Shown here one piece after another: positions 9,439 through 18,451 of a stretch of 39,982 bases of DNA (its first letter is position 1; every line of letters starts with the position of its first letter). The DNA is from Candidatus Thorarchaeota archaeon. GTDB taxonomy: Archaea > Asgardarchaeota > Thorarchaeia > Thorarchaeales > Thorarchaeaceae. A model generated the notes under the pieces. That model searched no databases, was not told the DNA's origin, and saw only the letters and a program-made list of their open reading frames with translations. The translations under genes were made by a program, and so were the position numbers. The stretch is taken from positions 1 to 39,982 of the forward strand of contig JAEORO010000050.1 in assembly GCA_016840855.1 (NCBI GenBank), in the 5' to 3' direction.

Positions 9439-10632
9439 ATGGCGTCGAAAGTCTATTTCAGTGATAGGCGGGCACGTACCGATTACAATATGTTAGACAA
9501 ATTAGAACATATTTTCAATGAACTTGGTCTTGACAAAGATATCAAGCCTGGAGAGAAGGTCATGGTAAAAACTCACTTTGGTCAGTGGGGAAATACTAAC
9601 TACCTACGTCCTGCCTATGCTAGGAAGATCGTTGATCTTGTCCGAGCGTCTGGAGGTGAGCCGTTTGTTGCAGAAACAACAGGTCTGGGATATGGTGCTG
9701 GGGGAGCCTATGGTGGTCGTACAACAGTGGTTGAATATCTTACAATGGCTGCGCTTCATGGATATACAGCTGCTTCGATGGGAGTTCCTCTAATAATGGC
9801 AGATGGATATTGGGGGACTGATGTAATTGAAATCCCAGTCAATGGTGAACATATTGAAAGCGTTGATGTTGCTACAGCGTTGTTTGACTGTGACAAAGTT
9901 ATTGTCTTAACCCATGCAAAAGGACACGGTCTAGGTGGAATTGGAGGTACAATTAAGAATCTTGGAATCGGACTTGTTGGTAAGAGAGGCAAATCTGCAA
10001 TGCACTTTATTGGAGATATCAAAATTAATCCTGATAAGTGTCTAGGCCCAGATTGTTCAAAATGCTTGAAGGTCTGTCCAACCAGATGTATATCAATGAA
10101 GGAAAAAGCAGTTGTCGATAGTTCAAAATGTATCGCATGTCATCATTGTGTAAATGTTTGTTCTCAAGTTAAAGCTAGAGCAGCAACTCAAACGTGGCGC
10201 CCAAATCATACCCAAGCTCCAATTTTTGTTGAAAATGCAGCAGGTGTTGTTAAATCGATTGGCGCAGACAAATTCTACTACATCAACTTAGCAATAGATA
10301 TTTCCGACATGTGCGACTGTTGGGACTTTGGAGCACCTTTACTTGTGCATGACATCGGGATTTTTGGATCCAGAGACCCATTAGCAATTGACGAAGCAAC
10401 ACTTCAAGCCATCAAGGATGCACCACCAAATCCTGATTCTTCTGTTGGTGATATTGAGTGTGGCACGTGCAAGTTTGCTATGGCACATTCATGTAAAGAT
10501 CCCGAAAGTGGTGAAATTCTTGAACTTGCTGAAATTCAACTATCTCATGCCACCAAGATGGGACTTGGATCTCGAGAGTATGAACTTATTACTCTGACAA
10601 AAGAACCACCCAAAAGGTCTGGTGAGAGTTAG
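9439..10632 (+). CDS. DUF362 family Fe-S protein with a ferredoxin-like insert
   Basis: VKTHFGQWGN, THAKGH..GGTIKNLGIG, CLGPDCSKCLKVCP, CIACHHCVNVC, MCDCW, SRDPLAID. Confidence 0.9.
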   Translation: MASKVYFSDRRARTDYNMLDKLEHIFNELGLDKDIKPGEKVMVKTHFGQWGNTNYLRPAYARKIVDLVRASGGEPFVAETTGLGYGAGGAYGGRTTVVEYLTMAALHGYTAASMGVPLIMADGYWGTDVIEIPVNGEHIESVDVATALFDCDKVIVLTHAKGHGLGGIGGTIKNLGIGLVGKRGKSAMHFIGDIKINPDKCLGPDCSKCLKVCPTRCISMKEKAVVDSSKCIACHHCVNVCSQVKARAATQTWRPNHTQAPIFVENAAGVVKSIGADKFYYINLAIDISDMCDCWDFGAPLLVHDIGIFGSRDPLAIDEATLQAIKDAPPNPDSSVGDIECGTCKFAMAHSCKDPESGEILELAEIQLSHATKMGLGSREYELITLTKEPPKRSGES

Positions 10633-10634
10633 GA

Positions 10635-11159
10635 GTGAGTAAATTGACGCCAAGCTGGTTCAGAGAAGCGGTGATTCAAGCACACAGGAATCAAAGAGCT
10701 CACCTTCAATTTGTTCTAAAGGATTTGACTGATGCTGAATTGGTCAAGGAGGTAACTACTGAGGAATATTCGAGATCAATTGCTGGGATTGTTATGCATA
10801 TTGGAACAGCTGAAACTTACTGGTTTCACAAAGCCAAGAATTCAATCGGCCCTCCTGTGATTGCAGATAATTTTGAGGAGGTCCTGGCTCGTATAGAGGC
10901 GAATACAAAAAATATAATCCAGATTGTCCAGAACTGCAGCGAAGATCAACTTCGAATAGTACCTCCGCGGGACGGTGGACCTTCGATTGCTTGGGCTGTC
11001 CTCAGAACATCACAGCATGGCATATACCATGCTGGCCAGATAGCTAAGATTCGACGTATGCTAGGTACTGCAGAGCTTCCTCCGGACTCTGAAAACTTTT
11101 GGGGAAACGCAATCGATTCAACTCTAGAGATTATTAAAGCTCTAATCGATGATTGCTAA
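10635..11159 (+). CDS. DinB/YfiT-like metalloprotein
   Basis: SIAGIVMHIG..E..W and QHGIYHAGQI His triad; coupled to the DUF362 gene. Confidence 0.85.
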   Translation: MSKLTPSWFREAVIQAHRNQRAHLQFVLKDLTDAELVKEVTTEEYSRSIAGIVMHIGTAETYWFHKAKNSIGPPVIADNFEEVLARIEANTKNIIQIVQNCSEDQLRIVPPRDGGPSIAWAVLRTSQHGIYHAGQIAKIRRMLGTAELPPDSENFWGNAIDSTLEIIKALIDDC

Positions 11160-11363
11160 TCACTTTCGTTCATTCCAAGCATACTTCGAACGCATTGAAA
11201 CTTCCCTTAGAGTCCTGATGGGAACTTATGAGAGTTCAATCCTGTTTGTATGCATATCATTTCAATAGACAACTATCCATTCTAATTAGCCTTTTATCTG
11301 AGGTTTACTAAAATAGAGATTTAGTAGATAGGATTAATTGTATCAAGTGGAGGTACTAATTTA

Positions 11364-12410
11364 TTGCCCCTATTTGAAGAAGCAGGATTCACACGCGATA
11401 TTTTCCTCATTCTTAGTAGTGGCATAGCTTTTTACTCGATTCTCTTCTGTGTAATCTTTTTTGGTCATTGGTTTAAAGACAAGTACAGGAAAAAACTTGA
11501 CCTTCGATTGGCTTGGTCCGTATTCTTTTTGGGGCTATCAATAAATTCTATTTCTTTCATCATTTCTGATTTCTGGTTGATAACTGACCCATTCAATACA
11601 ACTTTCGTATCTCTAGGATATATCGCATTGATGTTTGCCATAACTGGTTTCTTTGCTGCAATAGAGATGATACTGCCATATAAGACTCGTCACGCACTGA
11701 CATTAATTGGTATTATTTCCACCTTCATGCCCCTTGTAATTCCAAGATTTCTATTTGAGCCGCTCGCTTTGTTTGAGTCAATCCTTGCGTTGATTGGAAT
11801 TGCACTATTCTTGAGATATACATGGAGGAGTACAGCTGGAGCTGTGCAGAAAAATGTCAGGTGGGTAGTAGGAGGATTTGTTATAGGATGGCTTGGATTC
11901 ATCGGAAGGTCTGATACAGGTTATCTTCTGGGAGTTCACATCTATACACTGGGTCTCATCTTTCTAACATTCGGTATACTGATTTTTGGGTATGTCCTTT
12001 CCACATCCCCTGCACTAGATGAGTTAGACTGGCAGCAGCAGATACTAGAATTATATGTTATACAAGCTGGCGGTTTACTCATGTGTCATCATCAGTTTGT
12101 AGAAAATCCAAATATAGATCAAGCTTTGACTGCTGCAGGTATTGCTGGTGTTCAATCGTTATTTCAAGAAATCACTAGAAGCGATACAGGACTGAACATC
12201 GTGTCCATTGGAGATTATGACATTCTATTTGCCCATGGAGCTTCATTTACTTGTGTTTTGATTGCAAAGAAACCTTACAAGATCCTACTTGAAAAAGTAC
12301 AGGAGTTTACAGACAAATTCCAATATGAGTTTGGGACAGTTCTGAAGCAATTTGAAGGTAGTTTACAAGAATTCCATTCAGCAGATGAACTAATTGAATT
12401 AATCTTTTGA
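11364..12410 (+). CDS. 7-TM membrane protein fused to a C-terminal longin/roadblock-like domain
   Basis: Seven hydrophobic helices, then ILELYVIQAGGLLMCHHQF...L.AAGIAGVQSLFQEI...FTCVLIA...F..EF. TTG start after SD GGAGGT. Confidence 0.75.
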   Translation: MPLFEEAGFTRDIFLILSSGIAFYSILFCVIFFGHWFKDKYRKKLDLRLAWSVFFLGLSINSISFIISDFWLITDPFNTTFVSLGYIALMFAITGFFAAIEMILPYKTRHALTLIGIISTFMPLVIPRFLFEPLALFESILALIGIALFLRYTWRSTAGAVQKNVRWVVGGFVIGWLGFIGRSDTGYLLGVHIYTLGLIFLTFGILIFGYVLSTSPALDELDWQQQILELYVIQAGGLLMCHHQFVENPNIDQALTAAGIAGVQSLFQEITRSDTGLNIVSIGDYDILFAHGASFTCVLIAKKPYKILLEKVQEFTDKFQYEFGTVLKQFEGSLQEFHSADELIELIF

Positions 12411-12435
12411 CAACAACTGGTTTATTTCACATCAA

Positions 12436-12711
12436 TTACCACTGAGACCCCTTGTCTGCACTACTCCAACTATAATAGGCTGAATAGCAACCAATTCCTA
12501 CACATATCAATCCAATTAGTGCAAAAAACCCACCAAAATACCCCATCAATCCTGCTGGTATTAGAAAAGCAATCCCCAATGTGCAAGTACAAAATGCAAC
12601 GCAACCTGATCCTCCAATCTTGAATATAGTACCGAGGTTCTCGTCTCTTATTCCAGATTGAGGTGGTGGATAAGGTCTATCAGGTGGAGGGTCTTCAAAT
12701 GATGCTGGCAT
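12436..12711 (-). CDS. Small Pro-rich, Cys-rich 2-TM protein
   Basis: MPASFEDPPPDRPYPPPQ...GCVAFCTCTLG...; the ATG at 12711 follows SD GAGGGAGG. Confidence 0.7.
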   Translation of the reverse strand: MPASFEDPPPDRPYPPPQSGIRDENLGTIFKIGGSGCVAFCTCTLGIAFLIPAGLMGYFGGFFALIGLICVGIGCYSAYYSWSSADKGSQW

Positions 12712-12857
12712 TATTTTCCTCCCTCTGCTTTGATTCACCGTCTTGAAACCTTTTCTCTTTTTCCCAACTTGATTTTGCTGTTTGTGGTCTAAATATCACA
12801 TTAGTCTGCTATCATTGATCAGCATGTGCAGGTCTGAACATTGTCAATGCATACAGT

Positions 12858-13985
12858 TTACCATTCTGGAAGTTCCTCGTATCGATGACAGAGAATCCAG
12901 TAATCTGGTTCAATTTCACGGTATTCTGGAATCCTTTCCCGGCATATGTCTTGAGCATACTCACATCGTTCACTAAATGGGCATCCTACATGCTGTTCAG
13001 CTAGGTCGGGCGGATTTCCAGGAATTCCTCTAATCCTTAGACCTTTTTCCTTTATTTTCCGAATGAGCTCCATTGAAGGATTGCTCATGATGAATGCACG
13101 TGTGAAAGGATGACCCGGAGAATTCAGAACTCTTATCGTGTCACCGAATTCCACAATATGACCTGCTGTCATTACACCTACTTTATCACAAGTTTTCGCA
13201 ATTGTGCCTTGATTATTGCTGATGAGTAGCATCGAGATATTCAATTCATTACGGACAATTTGAATCGCATCAAGTACTCGATTTTGAACACCAACATCCA
13301 TAGCTGTTGTCGGTTCGTCGGCAATCATTAATGCAGGAAGAGAAACAAGCGCCATTGCAATGAGTACGCGTTGATCCTCACCAACACTGAATTGTGAAGG
13401 CTTCATGTCTTTTCGGATATCGACATCTCCAAGCTCTACCAAGTCAAGTGTTTGCAATACTCTCTTCATGACCTGCCAATCTTTGAGCTCATTATCTTCA
13501 TCATGTACCCAAAGAACCTCAGATGTTTGCTCTTCGATATTCGAATATGGATTCAGGGATTTTGTTGTCCCTTGTGGGACATAAGTGATCTCGTCCCCCA
13601 AAAGTCGTCTGTATTCATTTTCATCAAGCGTCACAAGGTCCTTTCCTTTAAACCAGATGTGCCCCTCTATGCCAGGCAGTTCTTCCCCAAAAACATCAGA
13701 CGTAAGTCCCTTTTTTCGTGCCTCATCTTTAAGTGTCCACAATCTCTTGTTTTCTTCATTTGCAGCTGTGGAGGCATAATATCTTGATAGATGTTCGAAC
13801 ATTCCCAGAATTGCTAAAGCAACACTGGTCTTTCCAGCTCCTGATTCGCCAAACAATCCGACAGACTCACCTTTTCTAATCTCAAAGCTGACATTATTCA
13901 CAGCTTTAACGAGTCCTTTCTTTGAGGTATAGTACGCTCTCAGGTTCTCGACCTTGAGTGTAATTTCATCACTTGTGACAACCAT
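12858..13985 (-). CDS. Orphan DppD-like ABC ATPase with degenerate signature and H-loop
   Basis: GESGAGKT and IADEPTTAMD are present, but the signature is FSVGEDQ and the H-loop is ISNNQG; C-terminal CPFSERC..C..C. Confidence 0.88.
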   Translation of the reverse strand: MVVTSDEITLKVENLRAYYTSKKGLVKAVNNVSFEIRKGESVGLFGESGAGKTSVALAILGMFEHLSRYYASTAANEENKRLWTLKDEARKKGLTSDVFGEELPGIEGHIWFKGKDLVTLDENEYRRLLGDEITYVPQGTTKSLNPYSNIEEQTSEVLWVHDEDNELKDWQVMKRVLQTLDLVELGDVDIRKDMKPSQFSVGEDQRVLIAMALVSLPALMIADEPTTAMDVGVQNRVLDAIQIVRNELNISMLLISNNQGTIAKTCDKVGVMTAGHIVEFGDTIRVLNSPGHPFTRAFIMSNPSMELIRKIKEKGLRIRGIPGNPPDLAEQHVGCPFSERCEYAQDICRERIPEYREIEPDYWILCHRYEELPEW

Positions 13986-14016
13986 AACCTAAACATCCTT
14001 TCAAGACTGAAATATC

Positions 14017-15198
14017 CTATGGCTGAAGCATTTCATCCTTCAATACTATTCTACTTCTGTAAAGCATTCTACTTTCGACCTCGTACCATATCAATCCTCC
14101 AGCGAACGAAATTGAAAGATTCAGAAGATAGAACGGAATATAGAACAACAGAGAAGGCCAGCCAAGTATTGCTGCAAAATCCGGTATCTCGTGATTGACT
14201 ACTGCTGGTTGTGAAATACTCCAATAAACAATGGACATCCAAAATATTTGGAATAGCAGAATGTGATATGATGACTTCCCCACTCGTTCTATGAATTTCT
14301 GAACTGCACCAGATGCAGTCTGCGGAATCAACATAAAGGCAACTAGAAAGAAGTATGCTGCATATCCATAGAAGAAAAGTGTGTAATCTCCTTTAATGAA
14401 ATTTTGAATCAGACTCATTGTCTGTCCAATAACACCAGAATCCGAACTTAGAAATTGTGTGGAATAATCCAACATTAAGAATACACTGAATGCAAGATAT
14501 GGGTAAACAAACCAATTATGTCTATTTCTAATATCATGATTCTTTGAAAACCATAATCCAAGTCCTACAGCTGGCAAGAAGAATAGAATGTTTACTCGAA
14601 TCGCACTAATGATGAACCAATCATAAATGGATGAAGCGGCAGGATAAAGAAACCAAAGAATGAACTGCATTAAGAGTTCGCTCAGAAAGCATAGACCGAT
14701 AGTCATCAATGGTTTCCTGTCAAATAACCAGTAAATGAAAGGAAAAACAAGAATCGAACCGAATAATAGAGGGATAAACCAGTTACCCGGTCCCCAGAAT
14801 GGAAGGTATCCAAGAAGTAGGTATATACTTGTATCAAGGTGTCCTAGTACAATACCGAGAATGATTGACGTCAGGTATAGAATGATGAACGGAAGGACGT
14901 ATCTCTTTGTTTTGCGTATGAAATATTTAATAGAATAGAGTTCTCGCAGGCTCTTGGCATTTCGATACTTGAACGAAGTTCCCATATTAAAGCCCATAAC
15001 AATTAGAAAAAAAGGGATTGAAAGCCGTTCCCAAAAGACACTTCCGATTGCTCCTTTTATTTCCCACGTCAAGCTATGATCCATCACAACAAACGCGATT
15101 GCTATCGCTTTCAAAACATCAAGTTGGAAATAGTATGGTCTCCTTTCTGATTTTTCCTTAAATTGAATCTCAAAAATATCGCTTTCTCCCTCTATCAA
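14017..15198 (-). CDS. Acyltransferase family 3 (OafA-like) membrane protein
   Basis: QLDVLKAIAIAFVVMDH, IPFFLIVMGF, NWFI, GKSSYHILLFQ; about 10 TM segments. Confidence 0.85.
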   Translation of the reverse strand: MIEGESDIFEIQFKEKSERRPYYFQLDVLKAIAIAFVVMDHSLTWEIKGAIGSVFWERLSIPFFLIVMGFNMGTSFKYRNAKSLRELYSIKYFIRKTKRYVLPFIILYLTSIILGIVLGHLDTSIYLLLGYLPFWGPGNWFIPLLFGSILVFPFIYWLFDRKPLMTIGLCFLSELLMQFILWFLYPAASSIYDWFIISAIRVNILFFLPAVGLGLWFSKNHDIRNRHNWFVYPYLAFSVFLMLDYSTQFLSSDSGVIGQTMSLIQNFIKGDYTLFFYGYAAYFFLVAFMLIPQTASGAVQKFIERVGKSSYHILLFQIFWMSIVYWSISQPAVVNHEIPDFAAILGWPSLLFYIPFYLLNLSISFAGGLIWYEVESRMLYRSRIVLKDEMLQP

Positions 15199-15394
15199 GG
15201 TTATTCAGTGGTGCAATTACTTGCATCTACAAATACCATCCGGCTCGCGCATGAGGAGTTTCATATCAATAATAACTCGTTAAAAATCGTCATACCATTC
15301 GCAACCATGAAGTAATACATCATTTAACTTGCTAAAGCCAAAGGTGTTGATTTAAACCTTAAACTTGATATAAAGAACTGAACTACTCCTCTTC

Positions 15395-16237
15395 ATGTCT
15401 GATGGATGCACTGCAGGAGCGAAAATCATTGGAGACCGCTATTATCTTCTTAAAAATCGCGATTTGATTTGGGGTGGATTTAGAGATTCAGTTGTCGTTG
15501 ACAAAGAAGTCTTTTTCGTAGCTGGTGTGAATGTTAGTGACGGTAACCCGTGTGGAGCATCTTTTGGATTTAACAGATATGGGCTTTCAGGCTGCAATAC
15601 GACTGTGCTTGTGACTTCCCACAAGCCATACGACATTCTACTTGAGAGAATCCTCCGTGAAACCAAGACGATTGATGAAGCATTTGGACTAGTTCGTGAT
15701 GATCTCAAAAGTGGTAATTTGTATCAATGGTGCAACTTCATACTTGCATCACCTAACAGAGTTGGCGTAATAGAAATTGGTGATGGTGAAGCAGTTCTTG
15801 AAACGGACTTAAGAATGATTACAAGAACTAATCACCACCTCATCTTACCGACTGCAGATATCCTTCGTAACGCATCAGCATCCGAACGTGAAGCAGGTGG
15901 TCCACTTATCTCTAGCCAAAGTAGACGACAAGAAGCTGCAAAGCTCTTAGCAGAAGCATCTTCGTTTATGGATATGACACAAATCCTTAGTACTCATAGC
16001 AAAGGTCGTGGATTTGATTCAATTTGTAGACACTGTTCGCCAACACCTCGTTCTAATCCGTATTTGGGTGAAACAGTGTATAGCTATGTTGCAGAGATTT
16101 CTAGTATAGATTCAGAATCTTTCGAATTCAGAATTAAGGTGGCTGCAGGTAATCCTTGCACAAACACATATGATGAGTTCTTAATCGACTTTAATTCTCC
16201 TGAGAGCAAGTATAACATATTGAAGAGCTTCCCATAA
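15395..16237 (+). CDS. Ntn-hydrolase (peptidase C45/C69-like)
   Basis: N-terminal G|CT nucleophile, KNRD, GFNRYGL, RTNH motifs. Confidence 0.8.
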   Translation: MSDGCTAGAKIIGDRYYLLKNRDLIWGGFRDSVVVDKEVFFVAGVNVSDGNPCGASFGFNRYGLSGCNTTVLVTSHKPYDILLERILRETKTIDEAFGLVRDDLKSGNLYQWCNFILASPNRVGVIEIGDGEAVLETDLRMITRTNHHLILPTADILRNASASEREAGGPLISSQSRRQEAAKLLAEASSFMDMTQILSTHSKGRGFDSICRHCSPTPRSNPYLGETVYSYVAEISSIDSESFEFRIKVAAGNPCTNTYDEFLIDFNSPESKYNILKSFP

Positions 16238-16388
16238 GATACAATTGTTAGCATTAAGTGTTGCATAATCTCCTTTATACAAAATCTCTGGGAAGTTTTG
16301 GAAAGAGCAAATCACTTCAGATTCATTGAATGGTCCAATCGAGTTATATCTCAGTCGCTTACTTATAATACTAAGCTGAGGTGTTTGA

Positions 16389-17282
16389 ATGGATTATGAA
16401 AAATTCAAAGAGATACTAAGTGGATACTCAGTGACAACAGTCACCCCTTTTAGTCCAGACCTTTCACAAATTGATGTGGACGCAATTTCCACCAACATAA
16501 ATTTCCTTACAAAACAAAAAGTTCCTCTAATAATTCCAAATGGAAACACTGGCGAGTTCTATTCACTATCTGAGGAGGAATGGAAAGCAGTTCTCAACGC
16601 AGTTGTAGATGCTTCTCGTGGAAAGGCAATAATAATGTCAGGAATTGGTCATTCAATCAAAACTGCACTGTCTCAGCTCGATGAAGTTCGAAACCTTAGT
16701 GTTCCTGCTGCCATGGTAATGTATCCTCAACATGTCTTCAGCTCAGAGGAGGGCGTTCTAGGTTATTATAGAACCCTGTTAGAATCTGCGAAAGAGCTTA
16801 ATGTTGTGCTCTATAAGAAAGGACCTCTCCTTTCAGATACTGTACTGGAGAAGCTTATGGTTTTTAATAATCTAGTTGGAGTTAAGTATGCATTCGGTCG
16901 AATCGTAGACTTTTCTAGGACTGTTCATCAACTTGGACATTCGATTGTATGGTCGTGTGGAAGTGCCGAACGATTTGCTCCATTTTTCTGGTTAGCTGGA
17001 GCAAGAGCTTTTACAAGTGGTCTGTGCAACTTTGCCCCTCATATCACAAAGAGAATGTATGATGCTCTAAAAGCAAGTAAATACAAGGAAGCAATGGACC
17101 TCCAGAAGATGATTACACCGTTCGAGGATCTCAGAGAAGGTCGAGGTACTGCTAATAATGTTCCCGTAGTAAAGGCTGCTATGGATCATCTCGGCCTTAA
17201 AGGAGGTTTATGTAGACCTCCAATTCATCCATTATCAAAAGAAGAAAAGAATGCAGCAATTTCTATTATCTCGAAATGGTAG
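16389..17282 (+). CDS. Dihydrodipicolinate synthase (DHDPS/NAL) family class I aldolase/dehydratase
   Basis: VTPF, GNTGEF, VVLY (Tyr), VGVKY (Schiff-base Lys), RPP. Confidence 0.9.
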   Translation: MDYEKFKEILSGYSVTTVTPFSPDLSQIDVDAISTNINFLTKQKVPLIIPNGNTGEFYSLSEEEWKAVLNAVVDASRGKAIIMSGIGHSIKTALSQLDEVRNLSVPAAMVMYPQHVFSSEEGVLGYYRTLLESAKELNVVLYKKGPLLSDTVLEKLMVFNNLVGVKYAFGRIVDFSRTVHQLGHSIVWSCGSAERFAPFFWLAGARAFTSGLCNFAPHITKRMYDALKASKYKEAMDLQKMITPFEDLREGRGTANNVPVVKAAMDHLGLKGGLCRPPIHPLSKEEKNAAISIISKW

Positions 17283-17404
17283 TAATTACTTAATCAATAC
17301 TACATTAATGAGCAGATCTCTGTTTTTGCTAGCTACATAGTTATTGAGAAATGAAAATCCAACGGCATCTATTGTGTTCATTCATCCTCATTTTTGATAA
17401 ATCA

Positions 17405-18385
17405 TCAAGATTTCAAATATTCAAGAGTATGTGCCATCCATCCAGCTGCTCGAGACACTGCAAAAAGGGATGTATTCAATTCAGGAGGGAATCCAAAGGT
17501 GAAGTAGAATGCAGCATTGTAGAGATCTACATTCGGGTATGCATCAATCTCTTTATACTCTGAAAGAAGCTCTCTTCCTTCTTTTGTAACTATATCAGAA
17601 GCTTGTATGATCCACTGGTGACTCGTGTCTTTTGCTCTTCGTGTAAGCATTTGTCGAAGGATTACTGCACGAGGATCTATCCCTCGATAGATTCTATGAC
17701 CAAGACCATGGATTTTGCCCCCTGAAACCAATCTTTGTTTTAGGTATTCTCTCTTGTCAGATTTTTCCCTAAGTTCTTCAAACATCATCATTGCTTCAGT
17801 GCCTGCTCCATGATGTAGAGGTCCCGTATGGACAGTAAGTGCGGACAAAAGCGCATCAGAAATGGTCTTCCCATCATAAATGGTTGCCTGCAAAGCTGAT
17901 AATGATGGATTTTGAGGGTCGTCCATGTGAAGAATTAATGATGCTTGAAAGTCACTTAGATCTGTTTCGTTCGGAAGAATTCCCCTCGTCATCCAAAGGA
18001 AATTTGCCGCATGCCCAAGTTTGTTGTTGGGTGACCAAATTCGCCTTTGTTGATCGTTACCAAATTCAAATGCGACAACGATAGGTGCAAGTGTGACAAA
18101 CGCCAAAAGAGTATCAAATAGATTCAGTTCATTCTCTTTTCTTATTCGTTCTAGACTACCCGCTAGATCAAATAAAGAAGCAATATCCCTATCATATAGT
18201 AGTCTCAACTCTTTCATTCTTTGTGATAGATTTCTCTCTTCTTCTTTAGTTGGCAATCTTCCATGAACTAGTAGATGAAGTATTGTTTCGTAACTCCCTC
18301 TACACAACTCTGTGACATTAATTCCTCTGAAATAGAGATAATTTGTCGAAGAATCAATCTCACTTATTGGTTTCATAGAAAACAC
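17405..18385 (-). CDS. Divergent citrate synthase family protein
   Basis: LYFRG, GPLHHGA, GLGHRIY..DPRA, PNVDLY, SRAAGW.AH; start codon uncertain (18385 or 18376). Confidence 0.85.
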   Translation of the reverse strand: MFSMKPISEIDSSTNYLYFRGINVTELCRGSYETILHLLVHGRLPTKEEERNLSQRMKELRLLYDRDIASLFDLAGSLERIRKENELNLFDTLLAFVTLAPIVVAFEFGNDQQRRIWSPNNKLGHAANFLWMTRGILPNETDLSDFQASLILHMDDPQNPSLSALQATIYDGKTISDALLSALTVHTGPLHHGAGTEAMMMFEELREKSDKREYLKQRLVSGGKIHGLGHRIYRGIDPRAVILRQMLTRRAKDTSHQWIIQASDIVTKEGRELLSEYKEIDAYPNVDLYNAAFYFTFGFPPELNTSLFAVSRAAGWMAHTLEYLKS

Positions 18386-18410
18386 AAATCCATTGTTAAA
18401 AGATGTTAAG

Positions 18411-18439
18411 AGAGTTCCTCCATTGAATAAAGGAACTCT
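18411..18439 (-). terminator. Hairpin downstream of gap
   Basis: Perfect 9-bp inverted repeat AGAGTTCCT/AGGAACTCT with an 11-nt loop, 12 nt after the gap stop and followed by pyrimidine-rich sequence. Confidence 0.55.
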
Positions 18440-18451
18440 ACTAAACTTATT

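Noticed and set aside
11179-11253. SECIS element interpretation of the stem-loop
   Set aside because: The upstream ORFs have no in-frame UGA (they end in TAG and TAA), and the AUGA core and apical AA are not matched.
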